Shown piece by piece: positions 36,687-49,856 of a stretch of DNA of 64,000 nt. Positions within the stretch are counted from its first letter, which is position 1; each line of letters starts with the position of its first letter. The notes beneath the pieces are model-generated. The model was not told the DNA's origin, searched no databases, and was given only the letters and a program-made list of their open reading frames with translations. A program made the translations under genes and the position numbers. The DNA comes from Raja brachyura (lineage: Eukaryota): positions 22,258,001 through 22,322,000 of the forward strand of contig OY740813.1 in NCBI GenBank assembly GCA_963514005.1. The letters are read 5' to 3'.

Positions 36687-38424
36687 TGTGTCCTGAGTGC
36701 TCTATTAATTACTGCTTTGCAAAATCTAGACATGTTGAGGCTACCATCATTCCCACATCTCTTGGTGTCAAAACCATTCGTTATGTATTAATCCAGTTTT
36801 CCCTCCAATGCCCAAGACCTTACACTTGTCTGTGTAGAAAACCATTTGGCACGACTTTGCCCAGTTGCAATGAAAGACACTAAAAGTATAAAAAACGTAT
36901 CTTTAATCAATAATTAACTTTGATCCATCATATAATATCCCAATTTGTGCGGTTACCCAAGTTGTAGAGGCAAATCTAACATCAAAGTGAAGAAAACACA
37001 TCTTTCGTCCTTAATCTAATGCAAGGACCCACTGATGGCAGTGTAATTTGACACAAATGCATGAGTAACTTTGATAACATGAGAACAAAAACTAAATCGA
37101 AAAAGGCACCGTTTCTGAAGTTAGCTGGAGAAATCGTACGATTCAGTGGAGTCTGCAGAGGGCAATAATTTTAAGAACTTTACTGCAGTTTGCTAACAGG
37201 CTTAGTTATTACTCCAGTTGCAAGCAATTGTCAGTGAAAAGGGAGAAGTAGCTAATAGGAAAAAAAACAGTATCATTAAGCTCCCAATATCTGCAACATG
37301 AGGGGAAAGGGAAGAATTAAGAAAAGGCTGGGATGCTTAAGGGTATGTTTTAATAGGCTATGATCTTGGCTGATGCTACAATCTTCTGCTAAATTTACCA
37401 GATATTCTGTAAACACTATTAGTAGGCATAGATCTGCAATAGAATGTTAACAAAAAGGATATATGACCTATTTATTAAGCATTTGAAGATTATTGGAATG
37501 TACACATTTTAACATAGTTTAGATAAATTTCCATCAAAAAAAAAATCCAACATCTACAAGCATTATATCAAAGGTGAGAGTATGATTCTGCAAAATTAAA
37601 CCATCCATTCTTGAATGTTAGAACACAATTATGACAGTGTTAAGCAATTGGCGTGTTAGTCATTAAAATACCAACTATTATCGTGTTTGAATGGCAACAC
37701 CACGCTGTAATACACAACCAAAAAGGTTCTATGAATGTAGCAACATCATCATTTTCTCCTAAGAGCATAGTGCAGTACAGCAGAGGAATATCTAAACTGC
37801 ACTAAAGGAATATCTGTGCCGAATAAGATGTCAAATTAAACTAATCTCTTCAGCTTGCACATGAACATACCCTTGCATTCCCTACATATCCACGTGCCCA
37901 CCTAAAGGCCGCACTGCCATCGTATCTACTTCCATCAACACCTCTGGCTGTGCGTTCCAGGCACCTACAACTCCATTAGAAATGTACCCAGTACATCCTT
38001 GGAAAAAGGTTCTGGCTGTCTACCCTATCTATGCCTCTCCTAATTTTGTGAACTCCTGTCAGGTACATTGAGAAATAACAACAGTAATATATCTCATTCA
38101 CTTGGAGAGCAAAACAAGGTGCCTTCACTTGTGATAGTCAGCAAATGATTTAATAGGAATTCTGAAAGGCACAACCCTTAAAGACGTGGGATTGCTGCCA
38201 CTTGAATCTGGACAAGTAGCGTGGAAGCATTTCAAAAGGAAACTGGAAAACAGGAGGGAGAAGGATCATACTGACTGGTGATGAAAGGTGGGAAGATTCT
38301 CTGTCCTTCATTTCTTCTGACGATGAAAATGCACAAAATTGTGCGGTGCCATGAAGATCCCCCGATTCTTCATCATGATTGTATTGTTTAACGGGCACGT
38401 CGGAACCATCAACATGAACGGTAT

Positions 38425-38657
38425 GTAGACACAAAAAGCTGGAGTAACTCAGCGGGACAGGCAGCATCTCTGGAGAGAAGGAACGGGTGACGTTCGGGTC
38501 GAGACCCTTCTTTAGACGGGTCAGTCTGAAGAAGGGTCTTGACCCGAAACGTCAACCATTCCTTCTCTCCAGAGATGCTGCTTGTCCCAGTGAGTTACTC
38601 CAGCTTTTTGTGTCTATCTTCAGTTTAAACCAGCATCTGCAGTTTTTTCCAACACAT
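38425..38657. mobile_element. Palindromic PLE mini-element (short inverted arm + long forward arm)
   Basis: Core at 38526-38553; arms are near-perfect reverse complements; degenerate TSD acat(ga/tg)a(c/t)ggtatgt. Confidence 0.88.
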
Positions 38658-38924
38658 TGATGGTATGTTCATTTAAGAGAATTATCTAGCGTCAAGCTAA
38701 TTTTGCTTTATGCTGCCAGGAAGGAGGCCCAAAACTTTTGTTTCTTCCTGACTCCATCTGGTTTCTGTTCTGTCAGAATGCTTGACTGTCATTAGGCCGT
38801 AGATGAGTGAACATTATCCTCGGTGGGCCGAAGGGCCTCTTTCTGCGCTGTATCACTGAACAAAAACTAAACTAAACTAAACAATCAGGAATCCATAGCA
38901 GTATCCTGTGGGCAGCTAGACTGA

Positions 38925-39605
38925 CGTTGCAGCGGCCGCTACAGTCCGTCTGTCTTTTTTAGCACTGTGGTGCGGCCTCCAACCGGAATGACCTGGGGGC
39001 TCCAGTCGCGAAGCCTGCGGACTTACCATCGTGGGGCTGGCCGGCTTCGGAGCGTGGAGAGCTGTGGTGGCGCGCGGCTGCGACCGGACTCCGGAGCTTC
39101 GGAGGCTCCAGCTGCAGGTCCGGTGGACGGTGACATCGGGAGCTCGCAGGTCCCTGGTGGGCGACCGCTTTTCGGAGCTCCCGCAATGGCAACTTCTCCA
39201 GCCCGAGTTGCGGGGTTGAAAATGACCCGGAGCGGGCCCTAACATCGCCTGGCGCGGTTTTAACGGCCGCGGGACATGCCATCGCCTGCCGGGGGATCCA
39301 ACATTAAGGCCCGGAACAGGACCTTACATCGCCCGGCGCAGCCTTAACGGCCGCGGGACTTGCCATCGCCCGCCGGGGGCTTTAACACTGGGAGAAGAAT
39401 GGAACACAGGGGAGAGGCAAGACTTTGCCTTCCATCACAGTGACGAGGAGATTCATTGTGATGGATGTTTGTGTAAATTGTGTTAATTGTGTGTCTTGGT
39501 TTTTCTTTCTTGTATGACTGCAGAAACCAAATTTCGCTTGGACTTCAATTGAGGTTCAAATGACAATAAATAATTGTATTGTATAATTGTAAATTGTAAT
39601 CGTAA
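38925..39605 (+). mobile_element. GC-rich non-autonomous retroelement with Rex1-type 3' end
   Basis: gctacagtccgtctgtc 5' motif, CpG-rich interior with an approx. 83-bp tandem duplication (39237-39388), hairpin 39431-39465, tgacaataaa + (attgt)n tail. Confidence 0.7.
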
Positions 39606-40185
39606 TTTATTTCCCTTGTTAAATCGCTGGCAGGCCAATACTGTCCTCGAGGTGAAATAACTCACCATGGACCAGAATTCAGAGAAACGGAGAACATATT
39701 CCCCATGCCTGCTTCTCAGTCCTAACAAGCTGAACCAATAAGGTGGGGGGCGAGGTAATAGGGCATTTGAGACCCCAACAAATTCCTTCAGTTAGACACA
39801 CTAATCACGAGAATTCTAACAGCATCTTTCAGTATTTAGTTCCTCTATGCAGAATCAATAGAACTATGATTTCTGAATCCAAACCCAAACATCGTTCTGC
39901 AGGCTCTACAAAACAATGCATTTTACCGCTTTGCTCATTTCCCAACGTTGACAGCAGAAGGTTCTGATAAACACATTAGAAATTACATTTCCCCAAACTT
40001 TTCATGCAACGCAATAAAGGTAACGGCGAAGGATATCGGCAGAGAAATTACATTGAATGGGCTAGATAAATCAAACACAACTTCCTATGGAAAAGCAATG
40101 CATAACAGAGGTGTTCTATGCAATATCATTAGTAAGAAAGTTTATTATATATCTTTATATAAGATAAAGTTTCTTTATCTTACTA

Positions 40186-40486
40186 AAACTTTAGACTTTA
40201 GATAGAGCGCAGAAAACAGGCCCTTCGGCCCACCGAGTCCCTGCTAACCAGCAATCATCCCGTACACTAACACGATCCTACACACGAGGGACAATTTACA
40301 ATTTTTACCGAATCCAAATAACCTACAAACCTGCACATCCTTGGAGGGTGGGGGAAACCGGAGAAAACCCACGCGGTCACAGCGAGAAAGTACAAACTCC
40401 GCATGGACAGCACGCGTAGTCAGCATCGAACCCGGGTCTCTGGCGCTGTGAGGCAGCAACACTACTGCTGTACCACCGTACCGCCC
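40186..40486 (-). mobile_element. V-SINE (HE1-like), near full length
   Basis: Reverse complement of the 4573-4883 family, with (ctaaagt)n tail. Confidence 0.9.
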
Positions 40487-41924
40487 AATAAGCAAATTTT
40501 ACACTTAAATATTATTAAATGCATCAGTGCCAATTGTGACACATGTTACAAAAGGAATGGGCAACCTTCAACTCAGACATACCCCTTTCCAATCTGTGAC
40601 CTGAAGCATCAAAAGGGAAAGGACCAAGTGCATTGAAACAACAGCTCTCAAACAGCTCTCCTCCAAGTCGCACACCAATCTGAATATGTAGTAATTATGC
40701 CATTCCTGCATCTTTTGCTCAACCAAAATCCTGGAATTCCCTTCCCAACAACCCTCTCTGAGCAGGAAGGAACTGCAGATGCTGGTTTAAACCGAAGATA
40801 GACACAAAATGCTGGAGAAACTGAGCGAGACAGGGAGCATCTCAGGAGAGAAGGGCCTCGACCGAAACATCACCAATTCCTTCTCTCCAGAGATGTTGTC
40901 TGTCTCGCTGAGTTACTCCAGCATTTTGTGTCCACCCTCCATGAGCACCAGCACCAGCACCTAAAAGCCTGTAGTAGGGATCGTATTGAAGACAGCAGTA
41001 CAATCCCACTTCTCCTTGCCAATAAGGAATAGTTAGATACTAGAGAAGGTAATTGAATCGGATACGCTCTCTGCGTTTGAGAGATAGCTAGACAGGCCAT
41101 TAAATTTTTGGATATAATGCAGGCAAATGCGATTAGTGTAGATGGGCAAATATGTCACCTTGGATGAATAGGCCGAAAAGCCTGTATCTTTATGGGGCAA
41201 CTTTATGAGTCTATCTATGATTATGCAGTATTTTCGGGAGAATAATCCCTTGCTTGCCTTATCCATGTCATAAAAACGTGGCTAGCTCAGAATAGCTGGC
41301 TCGTAGCTTTAAAACAACAGTTTTTTTGGAAAGCCTTAAGAGTGCAATGAATTAGTTCAACTTACAGGTTCGATCTTCAGAGCATCCCTGTAGCTACCAA
41401 AGAGGGCAGCTTGAGTCTTCAAAAATGCACAAGCAACGCCGTCCCCAGTGGTTGTTGAAACTTTCTTGAGTCGATTCTTTAGTGTTGCCAACTGCATATT
41501 GCATGATGATAAGAGAAGAAAAAAGAATTAGCACTCTTGAAATAAGGAATGCATTGCCCTCCATTGAAACCCTGGTAGTCAGCTCTTACACCAGTGCATT
41601 ATTAATAATGCTACGGATTCCAAAAATATATTTGTAAAACAAGCAATGGATTAGTGTGAATCCAACATATCCAGTCTCAACAGAAATCCATGTTAAATTT
41701 TTATTCCACTTTCAACTTTATTCATAACCAAAACTGGCAGCATATTCATTCAGTATAATTCAATTTATATTATTGCAAATTGTTTGTATTTCTAACTTGT
41801 CAATGAAAGGACACGTAAAGTTTGTCACTTTGCCAAGTGAATTAAAGGTTGAGTGACCATCTAATTTTTGTTTATTTAAAATTACAATGTAAACATGCTC
41901 TAGTTGTTGCATTTATTATCCCCA

Positions 41925-42521
41925 TGGACACAAAGTGTGTGAGTAACTCAGCGGGTCAGGCAGCATCCCTGGAGAATATGGATAGGTGACGTTTCGGGTC
42001 GAAACCCTTCTTCAGATTGATTGTAAGGGGCGTGGGGGGGCGGGGGGGTACGGTGTACAAGAAGGCGAGAAAAGGGGAGAGGCACGACAAAGAGTGACAG
42101 GTAATAGGTCGACCTAGGCAAAAGGGGATTTGATAGGCAGATGGTTAGAACAAAGGCCAGAAATAAGAAATAAGGTATGATACAGGCTTGAGGAGTTCCG
42201 GATTGTAAAGCCAGAGGGAGGAAATTGGGAAGGGGAGGAGGGTGAGTGGAGGGGAGTCCAGGTGGGGCGTGGGGCGCAGGGGAGTGAAGTGGGTGGGGGT
42301 AGGGGAAGAAAGTAAGAGATTTCAACGTTCATACTGTTCGGTTGTAATCTACCAAAGCGGAATATGAGGTGCTGTTCCTCCAGGTTGAGTGTGACCTCAC
42401 TCTGGCGATGGAGGAGGTCCAGGACAGTAAAGTCAGTGTGGGAATGATAAGAGGAGCTAAAATGGTTAGCAACCAAGAGATCCAATTGGCTTTGGCAGAC
42501 CGAGAACATATATTCAGCGAC
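41925..42521 (-). mobile_element. Penelope-like element 3' fragment: GIY-YIG endonuclease C-terminus + 3' UTR + pLTR with hammerhead core
   Basis: ORF 42114-42533(-) gives AEYMFSV...DLLVANHFSSSYHSHTDFTVLDLLHRQSEVTLNLEEQHLIFRFGRLQPNSMNVE, a typical PLE ORF end. A pyrimidine-rich UTR follows, then the core at 42015-41988. Confidence 0.88.
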
Positions 42522-42975
42522 ATGGTGGCGCAACGGGTAGTGCCGCTACCTTGCAGTACCAGAGATCTGGGTTCAATCCTGACCTCGGAGTGTGGAGTTT
42601 TCACGTTCTACCTGTGACTGTGTGGATTTCCTCCCACATCAGGTCTGTTGGTTAATTGACCTCTGTAAATTGCCTCTGGTGTATAGGAACTAGAGAGCAT
42701 TGGTTTGGGGTAAGGGGAGGGGGGGGGGAATAGATTTTGAGGGGGCATGAAGGGCAAGTTCTTCACCAACAGTGGTGAGAACCTGGAATGCACTGCTAGA
42801 GAGAATGGTGGAACTAGAGTCACCCAAGGCAGTCAGGAAGCGTCTAGATAAGTACGTGAAGCACTTGGGCAGAAGGCTACGGACCAGGTGCCGGGCAATG
42901 GGTTTAATACACAAGGGTATCCACTAGTCTGCTTGGCCCAAATGGTCTGTTTCTATGCTGCATGATTCTATGACA
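42522..42975 (+). mobile_element. V-SINE fragment (42522-42690) and CR1 tail (42730-42975)
   Basis: Box B gggttcaatcc; CR1 3' end ggcccaaatggtctgtttctatgctg. Confidence 0.7.
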
Positions 42976-44097
42976 GTGACTACGGGAGGAAAAATTAAAA
43001 AGATTCATTAAACAGGAAAGAAATTGTTTTGGCACTTCCTTATTTGTCTCGGGGAAACCTGCGGGTACAGAGACAGCCATTAGAATGAAGGGAAAGGATC
43101 CTGTCGCAGATATTTGTGTTAGTCCGTACAAAGAGAAGGCAAGGGCAGAGCTATCTGACAATCTCAAAGCACAATGGCGCTTTCATATATGCGACACAGT
43201 TCCATCTGAATGACAATATTGGGTTGCAGATGGCCGCATGCTGAACGACCGCCAGTCTGGAAGGAGGTCCTTCCGAGAGTTGGAAACACCATCCCAAACG
43301 ACGGAAAGCAGCTCTGTAACTGGTGGAATTACAAGCAGTGATGATTGAAGTCCGCTGTGTGTTTAACTGATTCACTGGGTATCCAAAATATCCTGATTCA
43401 GCGGGTCATCGTTCTTGCCTTCATAAAAATAAAACCTACTCTGCAAAGTTAAGAAAATCTGCCAGTGCCGAAGAACACAGAAGAACGATAGCTCCTGTAG
43501 GGAGCAGGATTTGACGCGGCTGACACAGATGAAATTAGACACCCAATTTGTGATGGCATTCAAACACCAAAGAAAAATGGACAAGATCAAATAATATCAA
43601 CTGAAAACTGAGGAGTAATAAGGCTTTTTAAAAGATGTAACGGTGTCAAGTATTATACATCTTTTCGGTTATTATTTTTGAAGTTACAATAGAGGAGGCT
43701 GGTAAAGAATTGAGGTGGGACATAATAGAAATGTACTTGGGGTTGTTAGGATTGACGGTGATTGAGATGACAGCATTTATGTCAGAGGAAGTAAAACAGA
43801 GGTACAGGATATTCCAATGGGAAAATTAACTGTCATGTATTTTGTGATAAAAAAGGCAGAAAAGGAATTGATAGACCTTCAACAAGCTCGAGCCATTGCT
43901 ACCAACAGACAGTAATGTAAAACTAACTGGGTTGCTAAATAACAGTGGGAATGACTATCACTAATATCCATCATTGCACCCGGTATTCTATCAAATTAAA
44001 CCTTTAACGAAGTGTCGACCTCAATGTTCTCATCAATGGGGCCTGCCATCACACATGGCTGATTTCAGGCAAGCAAAATCTCAGCTGCATGGATCCT

Positions 44098-44715
44098 GGA
44101 TCTTGTAGAAACATATAAAATTCTTACGGGATTGGACAGGCAACATGCAGGAAAAATGTTCCCGATGTTGGGGGAATCCAGAACCAGGGGTCAGAATAAG
44201 GGGTAAGCCATTTGGGACTGAGATGAGGAAAATCTTTTTTCACCCAGGGTTGTGAATCTTTGGAATTCTCTGCCACAGAAGGCAGTGGAGGCCAATTCAC
44301 TGGATGTTTTCAAGAGATAGTTCGATTTAGCTCTTAGGGCTAATGGAATCAAGGGATATGGGGAGAAAACAGGAACGGGGTACAGATTTTGGATGATCAG
44401 CCATGATCATATTGAATGGCAGTGCTGGGTCGAAAGGCCGAGTGGCATACACCTGCACCTATATTCTATGATTCTATGTTCCTAACTAACATGATGAATC
44501 TGCGGAATTCTGGGCCACAGAAGGTTGTGGAGGCCAAGACAATGGATATTTTTAAGGTGGAGATTGATGGATTCTTGATTAGTACGGGTGTCAGGGGTTA
44601 TGGGAAGAAGGCAGGAGAATATTGTTGAGAGGGAAAGATAGACCAGCCATCATTGCATAATGAAGCACACTTGATGGGCTGAATGGCCTAATTCTGCTCC
44701 TATCACTTATGAACT
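44098..44715 (+). mobile_element. Two tandem CR1 3' fragments (44098-44485, 44490-44715)
   Basis: High similarity to 51060-51450. Confidence 0.85.
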
Positions 44716-45449
44716 CGCTACATGTACTCAACCACCTTTGTGGTTTTGCTTCTTGTGTTCGTCCACTCTTGATCCTATGCCAACTTCTCTGTGTCCAGCT
44801 TCTGTTCAAAGTTTTGGTATGCCTTGCATCCCTGATTTCCCAAACCCTGTAAGCCAACATCTATTCAAGACCTTATCCACACCCCAATCCTCTCCTCCTT
44901 CATATCACATTACTACATTCCTTAATATCCCTTCAAATGTTATTTGGTACCACTCTATATTTGATAGTTTGATAACTCCCCACAAAAGCAAGCAGCTGGC
45001 TATGCAATAATTGCGGACATACTGAATATTAAAACAAGCAGTATATACAAATATAAAAAGTAAAAAGAGTAAATCTGGAAATACTCCGCAAACTAATCAG
45101 CATTTGCGCAGACAGCTAAACAGCTAACGTTTCAAATCGATATATCCCATTTTTTGCAAATTAATAAATTATTGATTTCAAACATTTAGTTCTGATGAAA
45201 GGTCATGGATCTGAAACATTAAACCCACTCTGAATGGATGCTGCCTGGCCTACTGGGAATTTATAGCAGCTGCTGTTTGCATAAAGGAGTGGACCTGCCT
45301 TAAACATAGATGACAAGCACGGTGGGATACACAGACGGACTGAAGAAGGATCCCTACCCCAAATGTCACCTATCTATGTTCTCTGTAGATGCTGCCTGAC
45401 CCGCTGAGTTACAGCAACATTTTATGTCTTTTTGATGGGAAACTAAGTC

Positions 45450-46480
45450 GCCGGTACTGCAAATTGGTGACCCATAGCTTTCTGTTGTTGAGGTAGAATT
45501 AGGGTTGGACAGGTTGGTTTGAGAAACTGATGGTTGTAGGAAAGTAGAATGTGGTTGTTCCTGAACCTGGCGGTGTGGGAACTAAGGCTTCTGTACCACC
45601 TATCCAACAGTAGCAGTGCGAAGAGCAGATGGCCCAGACAGTGGGGATTCTTGGTAATAGATACCCCATTCTCAAGGCAGCTCGTCTTGTAGTCAGTTTC
45701 GAAGGTGAGGTGGGCTGTGCCTGTCATGTTCTTGGCTTAGTCCATGACTCTCTGCAGCCTTTTGTGTTTCAGGGCATTTAAAATTTCATACCAGGTCATG
45801 ATGGAACCAGGCTGGATGCTTTCTACGGAAACCAAACCAACTGCAGATGCTGGAATCTTAAGCAAAGTACTTAGTGTAGGAGGAACTCAGCAGATCTGGC
45901 AGCATCTGTGAAGGGAATGGACGGACGTTTTGGGTCATAGTCATAGAGTGATACAGTGTGGAAACAGGCCCTTCGGCCCAATTTGCCCACACCGGCCAAC
46001 ATATCCCGGCTACACTAGTCCTAACTGCCTGCATTTGGCCCATATCCCTCCAAACCTGTCCTATCCATGCAACTGTCTAACTGTTTCTTTAACGTTTGGC
46101 TAGTCCCTGCTTCAACTACCTCCTCTAACCATGCACCTGTACTCCTAGATCCCTCTGTTCTCCCCATAGCCCTGCCATTCACTGTATAGGTCCTGCCCAT
46201 GCAAGACTTCCCAAAATGTAACTCCTCACATTTCTCTGTATTCTGAAGAAGGGTTCTGACCTGAAACTCTCTCCACCACTACCACTCCAAACCTCCCCCT
46301 TCTGAAGTCAACGATTAGTTCTTTGGTTTTGTTGACGTTATGTGAGAGGTTGTTATGGCACCTCTCAATCAAGTATTCTCTCTCTCTCCTTTACACTGAC
46401 TGATTCAGCCAATCATCTGTGAATTTATGCATGGCACTGGAGCTGAGCTCCAGCATACGGGAGGTACAGAGACCCAGGAC
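45450..46480 (-). mobile_element. Rex1/Babar fragment interrupted by PLE and CR1 pieces (approx. 45835-46265)
   Basis: Reverse translations NVNKTKELIVDFRRG (approx. 46277-46340) and KRLQRV..KNPHCLGHLLFALL..YRSLSSHTARFRNN. Confidence 0.75.
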
Positions 46481-46482
46481 TT

Positions 46483-46795
46483 CATTTAGACATACAGTAT
46501 GGAAACAGATCCTGTGTTCCACCATCCACATCGCCATCGATCACCCTTTCACACTGGTTCTATGTTGTTCCAGTTTCACATCCACTCTCTCCACACTTGG
46601 GGCAATTTAAAGAGGCCAATTAACCTACAAACCCGCACATCTATGGGATGTGGGAGGAAACCAGAGCACCTGGAGGAAACCCATGCAGACACAGGGAGAA
46701 CGTGCGAACTCCACACAGACAGTACCCTGATTGTGCCTGGCAGCAAGGTCAGGGTCAAACCCAGGCAGCAGCTCTACCAGCAGCGCCACTGTGCT
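46483..46795 (-). mobile_element. V-SINE (HE1-like)
   Basis: Reverse V-domain gtgggaggaaaccagagcacc. Confidence 0.8.
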
Positions 46796-47459
46796 GCAGC
46801 TGGTTCGCGATGCCAGAGTTTAGTGGAGAATCTGTGGGAGATGATTGCATTGAACACCATCCATCTTTATGGTGGATATAAGTCCTATCACACATTCGTC
46901 ATTGCAGCAGGTCTCCCTGGAGAACATGAACAGGCGACATTTCGGATCTGGTCTGAACAAGGGACTACTGCACACGTCTTCCGGTTTTAAAAAAAGCATA
47001 AATTAACAAGATGTGAAGATCTGTCACTAATTACCCTGAACACATTTGCAGTGATATTAAGGACATTCATGAAGTGGGTTTTATGCCAATCCAATGGCTG
47101 TGTTTGCTATTACTGAGATTAGTTTTAGTTCTAAATTGAATGTACTTGAATTTAAATTGGCCTGCTACCATGCTAGGATTTGAATCCTCATCTGTGGATT
47201 AATGGGTCACATCTCCAGCTGCTCGTCCAGTAACTTAATCAATGTCCTACTCAAATCTGAGCATTTCTGATGCTCAAATATGTAATGTCTTTGATGAACA
47301 GACATCATTAAAGACATCAGGATGCAAGATATTTTAAAGAGTCAGTGATGTTTTTCCTGGGCTATCATGATGAGAATAACATCAACGTTCTTTCCTTTGT
47401 GCCCCATTAAGAGTGTGTGCCTTCAGGATATATCACAATATCAACCTAATAAGGTGAAC

Positions 47460-47590
47460 AGTAGAAACAAGGAACAGAAGGTGCTGGTTTATAAAAGAAG
47501 GCACAGAGTACTGGAGTAACTCAGCGGGTCGGGCAGCAGCTCTGGAGAACATGGATAGGTGACATTTTGGGTCAGGGCGCTTCTTCAGAC
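47460..47590 (-). mobile_element. PLE mini-element, long-tail form, with TSD
   Basis: tcaacctaataa at 47441-47452 and 47591-47602. Confidence 0.82.
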
Positions 47591-47672
47591 TCAACCTAAT
47601 AAAGTAATTTTCTTCAAATGACTTGCTCTTCAGCCTACGGTTAACAAAGGCTAACCTTGTCAGCAACAATGT

Positions 47673-47877
47673 ATAGGAACTGCAGATGCTGTTTTACACT
47701 GTAGGCAGAAAAAGCTGGAGTAACTCAGGGGGTCAGGCAGCACCTTGGGAGAAAAGGAATAGGTGATGTTACGGATCGGGTCTGAGGAACGGTTTCAACC
47801 CAAAACATCACCTATTTCCTTTTCTCCAGAAATGCTGTTGCCTGATCCGCTGAATTACTCCAGCATTTTGTGTCCAT
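47673..47877. mobile_element. Palindromic PLE mini-element with exact 17-bp flanking direct repeat
   Basis: cttgtcagcaacaatgt at 47656-47672 and 47878-47894. Confidence 0.88.
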
Positions 47878-49856
47878 CTTGTCAGCAACAATGTTGTGAG
47901 AAAACAAGCGGGATCTGTTGAGGGAAATGGTCTGCCGTTGTTTCAAGTCGGGTCCTTTCTTCAGACAGAAGATGCTGCACGCTTCTTGACTTCCTCCAGC
48001 AGTCCATGCTTGGCTCCATATTCCAGCATCTGCAGTTTCTTGTGTCACCAACAATGGTGTTAAATTGGCCATCAGAGATAATGTGGTAAAGTGCTGCTCA
48101 TCATCTTTCTCGATTAATTTCATCACAGATAAATATGCAGGCATGAGGGTCCATCAGAATTTCAAGCAACAAAATATTTTCCATAACGAAACATCACTTG
48201 GGAGTTTCTGATTATTGGAAAAGAAATATTTCTTCAACATTATGAAACTTTTAAATCACATACCTTCAGAAACTATCATAGATGGATATAAGAAAAAAGT
48301 CCGCAGAATATTATGGCCTTCAGCACAATTTACAAAGAATGTTCCTCAAGGACATCAAATAGTCTAAATGAGTCTGCAAGTAATATAACTGGCTCAATGA
48401 ATGCGAAAACTGTCTTTTATTCCTGACAGCATTCCGATTGTATCCATGGCTAATAAGATCTTAAACCATAGAATGCAAATATGGAGGAGTTCCTGTTGAG
48501 TTGGAGGTTAGAAACGTGAATCGCATTCAGATAAAATAAATATTTGTTACAGGTAATTATAAAGATAGTGGAAATGGCTCAAACGCTAGACAGTATCGGA
48601 AATGATGCACGAAAGCTGAGCATCTTCCAAACAGACCATGATACAAGACGCTAAAGTCGGCAAACAAAACCACCTGCTGGGAAATTAAAACAATGTGGGA
48701 GACTGGCGGCAATCATTTGCTTTACAGATTTAGTTCAATTGCCTGACAGACTGGAATAGGTGTAGAATGAAGTCCGGTGATGATATCTTGGCTGTAATGG
48801 ATACAGAACAAGCTGCAAAGTCTGTCTGGCAGAAACTGTCATCTGCATGAATGGAAAAGTCAGGAACAATTTACTTCTGGATCAGTAGTATTACAAATTT
48901 GCATTGATGCAAAACAGTCCGGGCTTGATGAAAACCATGAAGCCTAACTTGGCACTAAATCAAATTTAGGCAAGCACCTTCACGATCACTGAAACACAAT
49001 ACTACAATCATCACACGTTGACATTTATTTATGATTGTGCTTATGTATAGTATGGTTTTACTCAATTGTACACATTGTTACTGATACGTACATGTGACAA
49101 TAAAGTACTATTGAATACCATTGAGCAATGACAAATGGTGTAAAGAAACGTATATGCCCCAATTAGACAACATCATTAAGCTAAGTGAAGCACCTGGCTG
49201 TAAGGAAGTATACGACATAGGCTGTCATAGTTGCCTGGTAAAGTTATTGGAGTTATTGAGAAATAAGTTACACATTGGTAGAAAACATAGGCAAATATAC
49301 ATATCAGGTGAGGGAATTCGTTGAAGATCAAATTATGATGAAGGAAATTACAGTATCCTAGTAATGAATGCGTAGATCAGTCCTTGTCCGCTAATCAAGG
49401 ACTGGTCCCACCCTGGTCACTCTCGCTTCTCCTCTCTCCCATCAGGCAAGAGGTACAGAAGTGTGAAAATGGACACCTCCAGATTCACGGACAGCTTCTT
49501 CCCAGCTGTTATCAGGCAACTGAATTACCTACCAATAACTAGAGAGCGGTCCTGAGATACTATCTATCTCACCGGAGACTCTCAGGCAATCTTTAATCAG
49601 ACTTTATTGGATTTTATCTTGCACTATTTGTTATTCCCTTTTTCATGTATCTGTACATTGTGGATGGCTTAATTGTAATCATGTACTCCAACAACGCGGA
49701 GCTCGTGGTCCCTGGTTAGCGACCGACTTCGGGAGCTCCAAGCCGCGGGAGCTTCGACCACCCCTACGCGGGAGCTTCGATCGCCGGCTGCGGGAGTTTC
49801 AAACGCTCGACTGCGGATGGTTCGACTCCCCCAACCGCAGGAGAAAAGGATGAAAG

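Noticed and set aside
37028-37045. Second CTCF-like motif ccactgatggcagtg
   Set aside because: One base is missing from the core spacing and there is no upstream module.
38150-38400. Protein-looking short frames here and at approx. 48760-48850 and 2558-2866
   Set aside because: Short, interrupted by stops, no family motif and no consistent splice structure.
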